IMG/VR virus record: IMGVR_UViG_3300027804_000175
Span: 1 to 29,003 of that record
DNA: 29,003 bases
Source of the DNA: a virus
Taxonomy: Duplodnaviria > Caudoviricetes
Strand: one strand, 5' to 3'
The notes below the pieces were generated by a model that saw only the letters and a program-made list of their open reading frames with translations, was not told the DNA's origin and did no database searches. The position numbers and the translations under genes are program-made. Numbering within the stretch: the first letter of the stretch is position 1; every line of letters begins with the position of its first letter. Positions 7,134 to 14,736 of the stretch are shown here, piece by piece.

Positions 7134-7961
7134 TTAATCTCCACAGAAACAAGCGATTGTTTCCTCGTTTGGGTCGAACATATCGGTTTGCTCAGACGAG
7201 AATTTAATCATTGAGGCATAAGATGGTCTGTCAGATCGGAAAACTGCACCACTTGGTTTAGATGCGATTTGTGATGCTAAATTTTCCATTTTTGCCCACC
7301 AAATACCTCGTTCAGGCTTTTCAGCAATCAAAGATAAAACTTGAGAGCCGCCCTTGAGAAAACACAAATCACAATTTCCGTGATAAGTAACTCCATTTAT
7401 GTTTGGCAATTCAAGATCAAAAGATTGGTTGCGCCAAAACTCACCAACAGTTTCTTTTGTAACGCCAGCAGTTACTAAGGGAATCCTTGATTTATCAACA
7501 ATCTTAGCGGCTCGTCTTTGCTCATCTGCCCGCATCCCAATCCAATCCATTGTTTCGGTATGGTCATGCCATCCAAGAGATTTTAAATATTTATGAATGG
7601 TGCGAATCTTCAATATTGATGTGCAAAATCGTGTTACAGGGTTTGGCAAATATTGGCGTTTGCGAATAATTGCCTCAAATGGCTCGCCGTTTCTACTAGC
7701 AGTATCAAAAGTAACCCTTTCAAAGGCAGGGTCTGCATCCCGATATTCAAGCCAATGAATTTCAACGCCCCAGTTATCAGAACAGGCTTGCACAAATCTT
7801 AAAGTCGCTTCGTCTTCTTTGCCTGTATTAGCAAAAATCACCTTTGCATCACTTGGCAAGCTCATATTGTGAGCTTCTAACACCCTGTAAAGCATATAAG
7901 CTGATGTTCTGCCACCTGAAAAACTGATGCAAGTTGGTTCTTTAATTTCAAACGGATTCAT
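7134..7961 (-). CDS. Phosphoadenosine phosphosulfate (PAPS) reductase family protein
   Basis: PP-loop SFSGGRTS, NTGKE, RFCT, GMRADE, NCDLCFLK, terminal CFCGD. Confidence 0.88.
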   Translation of the reverse strand: MNPFEIKEPTCISFSGGRTSAYMLYRVLEAHNMSLPSDAKVIFANTGKEDEATLRFVQACSDNWGVEIHWLEYRDADPAFERVTFDTASRNGEPFEAIIRKRQYLPNPVTRFCTSILKIRTIHKYLKSLGWHDHTETMDWIGMRADEQRRAAKIVDKSRIPLVTAGVTKETVGEFWRNQSFDLELPNINGVTYHGNCDLCFLKGGSQVLSLIAEKPERGIWWAKMENLASQIASKPSGAVFRSDRPSYASMIKFSSEQTDMFDPNEETIACFCGD

Positions 7962-7963
7962 TT

Positions 7964-8233
7964 TTACGCCTTTTCCTTGATATTGTTCATTCTTCTTTTC
8001 AAATCATTAGCGGCGGGTAACCCACGCTTTTTCTCTATGTCGGATAAGGTCTGCCACCACCATGCGGATGCTTTCATTTTCCCAAGGTCTTTGGTTTTCC
8101 TCTTGTGTCTCAAAATCCATTCCTTCGCCTCCATCTGCTTCAATGTCTCCCGTAGCTGTAAGCGCTCTTGTGGTGTCAGCGTAGCTAAGTTGCGAGGTTT
8201 CCCTGCATCTGTCCAGTAGTTGATTGGCTTCAT
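7964..8233 (-). CDS. Hypothetical protein (start uncertain; overlaps the next ORF)
   Basis: EAKEWI...IEKKRG...DLKRRMN helical protein ending 2 nt before the PAPS reductase start. Confidence 0.6.
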   Translation of the reverse strand: MKPINYWTDAGKPRNLATLTPQERLQLRETLKQMEAKEWILRHKRKTKDLGKMKASAWWWQTLSDIEKKRGLPAANDLKRRMNNIKEKA

Positions 8234-8243
8234 ATTTCGTCAT
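8007..8243 (-). CDS. Hypothetical protein (MTKYEANQLLD...ALTATGD)
   Basis: GAGG RBS and ATGA coupling to the upstream stop. Confidence 0.55.
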   Translation of the reverse strand: MTKYEANQLLDRCRETSQLSYADTTRALTATGDIEADGGEGMDFETQEENQRPWENESIRMVVADLIRHREKAWVTRR

Positions 8244-8578
8244 GAGCGCCTCAATGCTTGTAATTTAGCCCTTATATCGTCAGGCATAGGAACTGACATT
8301 GCCCTGCTCTTTTCAATCGCTTCTAGGGCGGTTTCTGTGCGTTTAATCTCAGGAACTTCTGCGCCATCCCATCGCTGTTGGTTCAGATAGACCAAAGGTG
8401 CAGGAATAAATGCACCATTTAACTTTAACCATTGTTCTGTTGTTTTTAGCCAATTGATGTGTTTTAGGATTTGTTCGGCTTGGGTGTCGCAATAGGACTT
8501 GTCCCACACCTGTTTGCATTTAGCCTTTCCACCCTTGCGTGGTGTGCTTGGGTAGGCTTTCCAAAAGTCTTCAAACAT
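8240..8578 (-). CDS. Replication initiator (replisome organiser)-like C-terminal domain protein
   Basis: FEDFWKAYP..RK.GK and FIPAPLVYLNQQRWD motifs; AGGAG RBS before ATG 8578. Confidence 0.75.
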   Translation of the reverse strand: MFEDFWKAYPSTPRKGGKAKCKQVWDKSYCDTQAEQILKHINWLKTTEQWLKLNGAFIPAPLVYLNQQRWDGAEVPEIKRTETALEAIEKSRAMSVPMPDDIRAKLQALRRS

Positions 8579-8792
8579 CTGTTTTCTCCTGCTCAGGCGA
8601 AACGTATACACCTACCCATCTTTCCTGTTGCTCTTTCATCAAATCAGGCAATATGGCAAAAATGATTTTTGTTTGTTCAGGTGAAATTAAGAACATCCTT
8701 TCACCATCACCATCATTCAAATCCTGTTCAATTACCAGATAGCCAATATCTGAAACATAAACATCGGTTGTGTAAGATTCAAGTAATTTCAT
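8571..8792 (-). CDS. Hypothetical acidic protein
   Basis: 73 aa; AAGGA RBS; 8-nt overlap with the next gene. Confidence 0.7.
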   Translation of the reverse strand: MKLLESYTTDVYVSDIGYLVIEQDLNDGDGERMFLISPEQTKIIFAILPDLMKEQQERWVGVYVSPEQEKTDV

Positions 8793-8814
8793 GTGTTTCC
8801 TTTAGACATAGTTT

Positions 8815-9100
8815 CTCCAAGGGTGGATAGAGTCATTTCTATCCTACCTTCTCCAGACTGATTGATGTTCATTTATTGAATCCTATTAACATTGAAAAAC
8901 CAAAAAGCCCCAAGTGCGCTTGACGGATTTGTTCGCTTATACACATGGCCTTGTTTACCACCGATGAACCATGTGCTTTACCAGTCGCCAAATCAACGCT
9001 GGTCACATTTTGCACAAGGGGTGTACTTGTGTGCGGTGTTTTCTTCCAAGCAGTCCATGCAGACTCACTACTATCGTGTGGAGTACGGATGCTATGAAAA
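8815..9100 (-). ncRNA. Candidate structured RNA or origin region upstream of the replication genes
   Basis: Stems ACAAG/CTTGT, ACCAG/CTGGT, GCACATGGTT/GGCCATGTGT, GGATAGA/TCTATCC. Confidence 0.4.
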
Positions 9101-9106
9101 GACAAT

Positions 9107-9208
9107 AAAAAAAGCCACTTAGCTCTACCCTCGGTGGAAACCCAAAGGTAAAAACCAAGGGCGAGAGTAGAATTAAGTGGCCTTACTTCATTGCTTTCCA
9201 CGGCAACG
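9107..9208 (-). terminator. Attenuator-like leader: short hairpin, then a long terminator stem with a U7 tract
   Basis: About 20-bp stem 9162-9181/9114-9133 with G-U pairs, then TTTTTTT; loop GTGGAAA complements bulge TTTCCAC. Confidence 0.7.
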
Positions 9209-9214
9209 GAACAA

Positions 9215-9242
9215 ATCATAGCAACCTTTTTAGGTTTGTCAA
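9215..9242 (-). promoter_or_regulatory. Strong sigma70 promoter of the replication operon
   Basis: TTGACA-16nt-TATGAT with extended TGn. Confidence 0.8.
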
Positions 9243-9244
9243 CA

Positions 9245-9412
9245 TCAATTTTTGTCTTCCTTAATTTTCTTTTGTTTTTCAATGGATTTAGCTAAAAATG
9301 GTCGCAACCACTTAGCCCCTCCCAGTCGTTTGAACTCATTCCACTCGCTTAAAGTGGCTCGTACGGCAATGGTCTTGCCGCTTTTGGTCATTTCAGTTTT
9401 AGGTCTTGGCAT
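9245..9412 (-). CDS. Small RHH/Arc-like transcriptional regulator (55 aa; absent from the ORF track)
   Basis: MPRPKTEMTKSGKTIAVRATLSEWNEFKRLGGAKWLRPFL...; sits at the divergent promoter region; no SD, so possibly leaderless. Confidence 0.7.
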   Translation of the reverse strand: MPRPKTEMTKSGKTIAVRATLSEWNEFKRLGGAKWLRPFLAKSIEKQKKIKEDKN

Positions 9413-9425
9413 AGAGGCGTGATTG

Positions 9426-9496
9426 TGTAGTGTTTAACAAATACCACAATTAGGGTTTGTCCTAGTGTTAAACATTATAATCTGTGTAACACTACG
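9426..9496. promoter_or_regulatory. Divergent control region with repeated TGTTAAACACTAC-type operators
   Basis: Copies at 9426-9439 (rc), 9465-9478 and 9484-9495; TAGGG-N4-TCCTA dyad at 9451-9464. Confidence 0.65.
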
Positions 9497-9527
9497 AACT
9501 CTACCAACCACATTGAAAGGCGTAAAC

Positions 9528-9755
9528 ATGGAACTGGACATAGATTTTTGTGACCTTGAAATAGATATCAAGGCTTGGGTCGAATGGGAATATGACCCCG
9601 ACTACTCTCCCAATGAGGGAGTCTACGATAAATTCATTTGGGTAGCTTATTTACAGATAGGCAACGACCGCATTGACATTACAGACGAACTCTCTGCCAA
9701 GGAGTGCAAATTAATTGAAAAACAGATTGAGGAGTCTCTCGATGACAGCCTTTAA
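9528..9755 (+). CDS. Acidic hypothetical protein (MELDIDF...)
   Basis: GAAAGG RBS before ATG 9528; 75 aa. Confidence 0.75.
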   Translation: MELDIDFCDLEIDIKAWVEWEYDPDYSPNEGVYDKFIWVAYLQIGNDRIDITDELSAKECKLIEKQIEESLDDSL

Positions 9756-10032
9756 CAAAGCCGTTTGGGAGTCCTACCAACAACTCAATGATGATGACAT
9801 TATGGAAGCTATCTCTGGCTCTGTAGCCATTCCTCTTGCCATCAAATCAGGCGACTGGGAGTATGCCTTCCAGTTCATCAAAGAACGCATTGACAACAAG
9901 ATGACTCGCAGGGCTGAGTTTTATCTGTCCAGCTATTGCACAACAGAATCAATTGATGATGATGATGAACTGCGTACCTTGCGAACCCTTTGGTTAAAAA
10001 ACGAATATAGGGGAGAGAAAGATGAAACTTAA
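9742..10032 (+). CDS. Hypothetical protein (MTAFNKAVW...)
   Basis: GAGGAG RBS; overlapping operon structure. Confidence 0.7.
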   Translation: MTAFNKAVWESYQQLNDDDIMEAISGSVAIPLAIKSGDWEYAFQFIKERIDNKMTRRAEFYLSSYCTTESIDDDDELRTLRTLWLKNEYRGEKDET

Positions 10033-10237
10033 AAACACCATTGCAACGATCTTAGAGGAAAGCCAAGATGAATATTTTTGCCAGTTTTGCACAAAGCCTA
10101 AAGTTGGCTCTCTCCCGATCTGCTCATGTTCAGGGAATTGGTTCAAACTTGCCGACTTTGACTTTGATACCCAATTCTCCATTGCCCAACAAATCTTTAA
10201 CTCACAGAAAGGTACTGCCAACAAAGAAACTGACTGA
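10022..10237 (+). CDS. Small Cys-containing (Zn-binding?) protein
   Basis: CQFC...CSC; GGAG RBS. Confidence 0.7.
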   Translation: MKLKNTIATILEESQDEYFCQFCTKPKVGSLPICSCSGNWFKLADFDFDTQFSIAQQIFNSQKGTANKETD

Positions 10238-10306
10238 CCCTGAGTTTGTATATACAGACTCAACCAAAACAAACATTTCAAAAACTTTTCAAGAATTTAA
10301 ACAGGA

Positions 10307-10876
10307 GTGAAGATGAATCAAGAACAGGTGTTGATGTTGCTCAACAAGAACGTAAATGAGCATACCGAAAAGAAAGCCAACCTAACCTATCTCTCATGGG
10401 CATGGGCATGGGCTGAAGCACTAAAGGCAGACCCTACAGCCATATACAAGGTGGATATGTTTGGCGACAAGTGCTACATGGACATAAACGGCACAGCAAT
10501 GGTGTTCGTCACAGTCACCATGTTTGGCAAACCAATGACTTGCCAACTTCCAGTAATGGACTACCGCAATAAAGCCATCCCTAACCCTGACGCATTTGCA
10601 GTCAACACCGCCATCATGCGTTGCATGACTAAGGCATTGTCATTACATGGCTTGGGTCTGTACATCTATGCTGGAGAAGACTTGCCCGAGGGTGACTCAG
10701 GTTCAGATATAGATGTAGGCATGATGATTGACCACTTGGCGGCTATTGATGCGGCTTCAACTTTAGAGGAACTCAAAAATGTATACAGCACTGCTTACTC
10801 TGCTTGCGCTGGTGATAAAGGTTGGCAGAAAAAGGTAATTGATGCAAAAGAAAAGCGTAAAGGAGCATTGAAATGA
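10307..10876 (+). CDS. Sak3-like (DUF1071) single-strand annealing protein
   Basis: LTYLSWAWAW, LPVMDYRNKAI, RCMTKALSLHGLGLYIYAGEDLP. Confidence 0.88.
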   Translation: MKMNQEQVLMLLNKNVNEHTEKKANLTYLSWAWAWAEALKADPTAIYKVDMFGDKCYMDINGTAMVFVTVTMFGKPMTCQLPVMDYRNKAIPNPDAFAVNTAIMRCMTKALSLHGLGLYIYAGEDLPEGDSGSDIDVGMMIDHLAAIDAASTLEELKNVYSTAYSACAGDKGWQKKVIDAKEKRKGALK

Positions 10877-11493
10877 GCGATGTAGAACAAGGCACACCCG
10901 AATGGTTTAAACAGCGTTGCGGTAAAGCTACTGCCTCTCGTATCTCTGACATTGTTGCCAAGACAAAGACAGGCTACAGCACCAGCAGGGCTAACTACAT
11001 GGCTCAACTGGTAGTCGAGAGAATGACTCAGACTGTTGCTGAATCCTACTCAAATGCGGCTATGGAATGGGGGATTGAGAATGAACCCTTTGCCCGTGCC
11101 GCATACGAGGCTAAGACAGGCAATATGGTCGATCAGGTAGGTGCTATTGACCATCCAACTGTTCCTATGTCTGCCGCCTCTCCTGATGGCTTGGTGGGTG
11201 ATGATGGATGCCTAGAGATCAAGTGTCCCAATACGGCAACCCACATTGATACCATTTTGGGAGATGAGCCAGCAAAGAAGTATTACGACCAAATGCAATG
11301 GCAGATGCGATGTGCAGATAGAAGTTGGTGCGACTTTGTGAGTTTCGACCCACGAATGCCTGAACACCTACAACTGTTCATCAAAAGAATCGAGCGCAAT
11401 GATCGTTACATTGCAGAACTCGAAAAAGAGGTTATCCAGTTTCTTGCGGAAGTGGATGACAAGGTTAAAAAACTCAATGAAATTAAGGTGTAA
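10873..11493 (+). CDS. YqaJ/lambda-type exonuclease
   Basis: EQGTPEW...RCGKATAS, AMEWG, ASPDG, LEIKCP, QMQWQM, DFVSFDPR. Confidence 0.95.
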   Translation: MSDVEQGTPEWFKQRCGKATASRISDIVAKTKTGYSTSRANYMAQLVVERMTQTVAESYSNAAMEWGIENEPFARAAYEAKTGNMVDQVGAIDHPTVPMSAASPDGLVGDDGCLEIKCPNTATHIDTILGDEPAKKYYDQMQWQMRCADRSWCDFVSFDPRMPEHLQLFIKRIERNDRYIAELEKEVIQFLAEVDDKVKKLNEIKV

Positions 11494-11495
11494 AT

Positions 11496-11999
11496 ATGGA
11501 AGTTACTTTATCAAGATTGCATGAATTGTTTGATTACAAGGATGGCAACCTGATATGGAAAATTGCAAAAGCACAAATTATTAAAGTTGGAGACATTGCT
11601 GGAAATGTAGATAAATACGATGGGTATGTACGCATTGGAATTGATGGAAGTATTTATAAAGCACACCGCTTAATTTATTTTTATCACAATGGGCATTTAC
11701 CTTCGTTTATTGACCACATTGATGGCGATAGATCAAACAACAAAATTGAGAATTTGAGGTGTGCGACAAAATCGCAAAACTCAATGAATCAAAAAATCAG
11801 CACAAGAAATTCATCGGGTATCAAAGGCGTAATGTGGCACAAGAGAGATCAGAAATGGTTTGTTCAAATAAGAAAAAACAAGAAGTGCCATAGCTTTGGA
11901 TATTTCAATGATAAAGAGTTGGCAGAGTTGGTTGCGATAGAAGCAACTGATTTGTTACATAAAGATTTTTCAGCGTACAAAGGAGTTCTAAATGGATGA
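11496..11999 (+). CDS. HNH homing endonuclease with AP2-like C-terminal domain
   Basis: AHRLIY...IDHIDGDRSNNKIENLR, NSSGIKGV.W, GYF; AT-rich. Confidence 0.92.
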   Translation: MEVTLSRLHELFDYKDGNLIWKIAKAQIIKVGDIAGNVDKYDGYVRIGIDGSIYKAHRLIYFYHNGHLPSFIDHIDGDRSNNKIENLRCATKSQNSMNQKISTRNSSGIKGVMWHKRDQKWFVQIRKNKKCHSFGYFNDKELAELVAIEATDLLHKDFSAYKGVLNG

Positions 12000-12246
12000 A
12001 AACCAAAGAGATAACAGTGGCGTGATGTTCAAAAACGATAGGCGTGAAAAAGAATCACAGCCTCACTATAAGGGAAACATCACAGTTGATGGTCAGTCCT
12101 ACTGGCTCTCAGCTTGGATTAAAGAGGGTAAATCAGGCAAATTCATGGGTCTTGCAGTAAGCCCTAAAGAAGAAGCCAATACTTCCTCGCCAAAGAAGAA
12201 GCCCTCAAGTGGCTTTGACGACATAGAGTCCGATATTCCCTTCTGA
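11992..12246 (+). CDS. Small SSB-like protein
   Basis: PHYKGNITVDG..YWLSAW fold; acidic C-terminal DDIESDIPF tail; in the recombination module. Confidence 0.75.
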   Translation: MDENQRDNSGVMFKNDRREKESQPHYKGNITVDGQSYWLSAWIKEGKSGKFMGLAVSPKEEANTSSPKKKPSSGFDDIESDIPF

Positions 12247-12308
12247 TGTAACACAACGGGGAAAGCGCAAGTGAGTACCCACTAACTTTTTAATTGATAG
12301 GAGTTGAT

Positions 12309-12641
12309 ATGAGTTTAGATGACACACATTTTGGCGGCAGTGTAAAGAAGTTCTTTGACTTGCCAATCTTCAACAGGGTTAGATGTTCCGACCCAGTAAC
12401 CAGCTATGAAGCCGCTGATGCCGCTAAAGACTTGGCATCCAAGCATTTCAGCATCATTGTGGACTGTTTAAAGGCTCATGGTGCGCTTGGTAAAGATGGC
12501 ATAGCCACACATACCAACTTAGACAGAAATCAAGTCTCACGCCGTTTAAACGAACTGGAGAAGATGAATCTGATTCAGTTGACAGGCAGGACTGTAAAGT
12601 CTTCATCGGGGCGCAATGAGCGTGAATGGAGGGCAGTCTAA
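12309..12641 (+). CDS. Winged-helix DNA-binding protein
   Basis: SDPVTSYEAA, QVSRRLNELEKMNLI, SGRNEREW; AGGAG RBS. Confidence 0.75.
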   Translation: MSLDDTHFGGSVKKFFDLPIFNRVRCSDPVTSYEAADAAKDLASKHFSIIVDCLKAHGALGKDGIATHTNLDRNQVSRRLNELEKMNLIQLTGRTVKSSSGRNEREWRAV

Positions 12642-12760
12642 TGTGGGATGTACTCGTGACTTTTATGCTGATGATGTTTGGCGCATTTGTCGTGATTGCC
12701 TTTGGTGCAATCCTCATTGGTGCGCTTTATTTCCTACAAAACGAGGCTGACAATGACTGA
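12641..12760 (+). CDS. Small membrane protein (39 aa)
   Basis: TAATG coupling; long hydrophobic stretch. Confidence 0.6.
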   Translation: MWDVLVTFMLMMFGAFVVIAFGAILIGALYFLQNEADND

Positions 12761-12977
12761 AGAAGATGAAGCATTCAACGATATTGAACGACAAGCCAAG
12801 CAACGCCAAGAGTCTGTCAAAGCAAACTTCCTAAGACCCAAGTCGGCACAGGAGTTCTATGACGAACTACGCAATGGCGTTATTGATGAAGTTGTTAGAG
12901 AGGTTAGGAGATTAACTTCCTTTGGCAAAGATACCATTGACAGTTTGGCTGTTTACATTGAGGGAATGAAGAAGTGA
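12753..12977 (+). CDS. Hypothetical protein (MTEEDEAF...)
   Basis: GAGG RBS; coupled overlap. Confidence 0.7.
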   Translation: MTEEDEAFNDIERQAKQRQESVKANFLRPKSAQEFYDELRNGVIDEVVREVRRLTSFGKDTIDSLAVYIEGMKK

Positions 12978-13195
12978 CACAAGATGAAATCATTGAGATG
13001 GCTAGACAAGCTAGTGTTTGGACAGAAGCGGACTGGGTGTTTGCTGATATTTTGAATCCAAAGATTGAATCCTTTGCCAAATTGGTGGCCGCCAAAGAAC
13101 GTGAATCCATCATACAAATCATTAAAGCCATGCCATTCAGTAATTGGTTTCAATTTGATGTGATTGAAGCCATCAGAGCAAGGGGACAAGCATGA
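12974..13195 (+). CDS. Hypothetical protein, MTQDE...IRARGQA family, copy 1
   Basis: 4-nt overlaps; termini shared with the next gene. Confidence 0.75.
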   Translation: MTQDEIIEMARQASVWTEADWVFADILNPKIESFAKLVAAKERESIIQIIKAMPFSNWFQFDVIEAIRARGQA

Positions 13196-13455
13196 CACAA
13201 GATGAAATTATGGGTATGGCCAAAAAGGTTGGCTTTCCAATACGGCATCCTGATTGGCAAAAAGCCGCAGAAGAATTTGCCGCATTGGTGGAAGAGAAAG
13301 CAACAGAGAAATCCAACGCAAGAGCCAATAGTTCTTGGACATTGATGTGCGAAAAGATGGTTGTGCTTGAACGTGAAGCCTGTGCAAAGGTGGCTGATGG
13401 ATTTATTGGTGGCGATGTGATTGCTGAACGCATCAGAGCAAGGGGACAGGCATGA
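13192..13455 (+). CDS. Hypothetical protein, MTQDE...IRARGQA family, copy 2
   Basis: FAALV and EREACAKV motifs; shared termini. Confidence 0.75.
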   Translation: MTQDEIMGMAKKVGFPIRHPDWQKAAEEFAALVEEKATEKSNARANSSWTLMCEKMVVLEREACAKVADGFIGGDVIAERIRARGQA

Positions 13456-13670
13456 GCAACGTCATTCTATTCAACGGCATTACCAAACTTGACCTCGACC
13501 CCGACATGGTGCTTGAAAACACCAAGGGAAAACTGGAGGGTGTAATCCTGATCGGTTACGACAAGGAAGGTGAAGAGTATTTTGCCTCGACCTACGCCGA
13601 TGGCGGGGATGTTCTGTGGTTACTTGAGCGCATGAAACTTCGCTTGCTGAACGTGGGGGAAAAGGAATGA
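13452..13670 (+). CDS. Hypothetical protein
   Basis: 72 aa; ATGA coupling; VILIGYDKEGEEYFAS...LWLLER. Confidence 0.75.
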   Translation: MSNVILFNGITKLDLDPDMVLENTKGKLEGVILIGYDKEGEEYFASTYADGGDVLWLLERMKLRLLNVGEKE

Positions 13671-13993
13671 TTGAAGTATTGAAACAGATGTATCAACTAT
13701 TGTTGACTGAGCCTCATGCGCCAGCAGTATGTGACCAGCTTGAAGTTATTTTGCGTAAAGCCATTGCAGAGTTGGAAAGCCAAGAGCCTTGCGGTTGGCA
13801 GTTTTACCAAGATGGTAAGTGGCACAACGGCATGGAAACAAACAACCATAGAGCAAATACAGAATCTGCTGGAATACCTGTGCGTGACGTTTACTCCGCA
13901 CCACAACTCACAGAGCAAAACTTTTGCTCACGATGCGGCAAACGCACAGCAGACCTGACCACTATTCACACTTGCACACCACCACAGGATTAA
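13667..13993 (+). CDS. Hypothetical protein with C-terminal CxxC...HxC motif
   Basis: 108 aa; NFCSRCGKR...IHTCTP. Confidence 0.7.
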   Translation: MIEVLKQMYQLLLTEPHAPAVCDQLEVILRKAIAELESQEPCGWQFYQDGKWHNGMETNNHRANTESAGIPVRDVYSAPQLTEQNFCSRCGKRTADLTTIHTCTPPQD

Positions 13994-13996
13994 CAC

Positions 13997-14146
13997 ATGA
14001 CACAAGCAGAAAAAGTATTTGAAGCAATGATGCGAGCCAAAGGGCATACAGATTTCAGTACAACAAAAGGTAGATATAACATTCCTGCCCTGCAAACCCG
14101 ATGGAACTACTTTTTGATGGGATGGGAAATGAGAGGTGTGTTATGA
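13997..14146 (+). CDS. Hypothetical protein (49 aa, MTQAEKVFE...)
   Basis: AGGA RBS; fills the gap; ATGA coupling downstream. Confidence 0.65.
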   Translation: MTQAEKVFEAMMRAKGHTDFSTTKGRYNIPALQTRWNYFLMGWEMRGVL

Positions 14147-14364
14147 CATTTAGACAGTCAACAATCAAGTACGTCAAAGACATAATGAGAGCAAGAACTA
14201 TCTATGAGGTAATTGCCAAAGAACTGCAAGAGGCGCATCTACGCAAATTAGAGGCAGAAACTGCCGCCGAATATGCTCGTGCCGCCATTCAGTACAACGA
14301 TGCAAGAATTGCTAGACTTCAGAAACGACTTTTAGAACATACCCAAGAGGGCGATTACACATGA
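14143..14364 (+). CDS. Hypothetical coiled-coil protein (MTFRQ...)
   Basis: GAGGTG RBS; ATGA overlaps at both ends. Confidence 0.7.
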   Translation: MTFRQSTIKYVKDIMRARTIYEVIAKELQEAHLRKLEAETAAEYARAAIQYNDARIARLQKRLLEHTQEGDYT

Positions 14365-14543
14365 ACAAACCCAAAACAGCCTTTGATTGGAAAGGCGAGC
14401 CAAGTATTTGGACAACCGATAAGAAGCTAAAGCAAATAACAGCGGGTCATATCCTTGGTAAAAACGCAAGAGAACGCATTGCCATGACAGAAAAGAAAGA
14501 GTTCCTGATCTATTCAAGGGCTAAATTAAAGAATGATTCGTAA
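14361..14543 (+). CDS. Hypothetical basic protein
   Basis: 60 aa; GAGG RBS; coupled. Confidence 0.65.
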   Translation: MNKPKTAFDWKGEPSIWTTDKKLKQITAGHILGKNARERIAMTEKKEFLIYSRAKLKNDS

Positions 14544-14736
14544 GATAAGAACCTTTTACGGCAGACGCAATGGTCAGCATGGGAATAAAGTAACCACCAT
14601 TGACCGAGGTGAAGCATGGCTATGTGAGAAGTGCGGGGAGGTGATCTTCTTTGAACACCTTGTCCCCAAACACTTCTGCAAGCGGCTAATTAAGCCTGTA
14701 GTCCTTGGAGATACTGGGTCTTCCCTGCCACCTTGA
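14533..14736 (+). CDS. Small Zn-finger-like protein
   Basis: WLCEKCG...KHFC; 3' end overlaps the endolysin antisense. Confidence 0.6.
   Translation: MIRKIRTFYGRRNGQHGNKVTTIDRGEAWLCEKCGEVIFFEHLVPKHFCKRLIKPVVLGDTGSSLPP

Noticed and set aside
8869-9282. 137-aa minus-strand ORF
   Set aside because: Runs through a consensus promoter and terminator; no RBS or recognisable motif
10068-10310. 80-aa overlapping ORF ending LTDPEFVYTDSTKTNISKTF
   Set aside because: The C-terminal part looks protein-like and couples to the next gene, but no supportable start was found, so it is left uncalled
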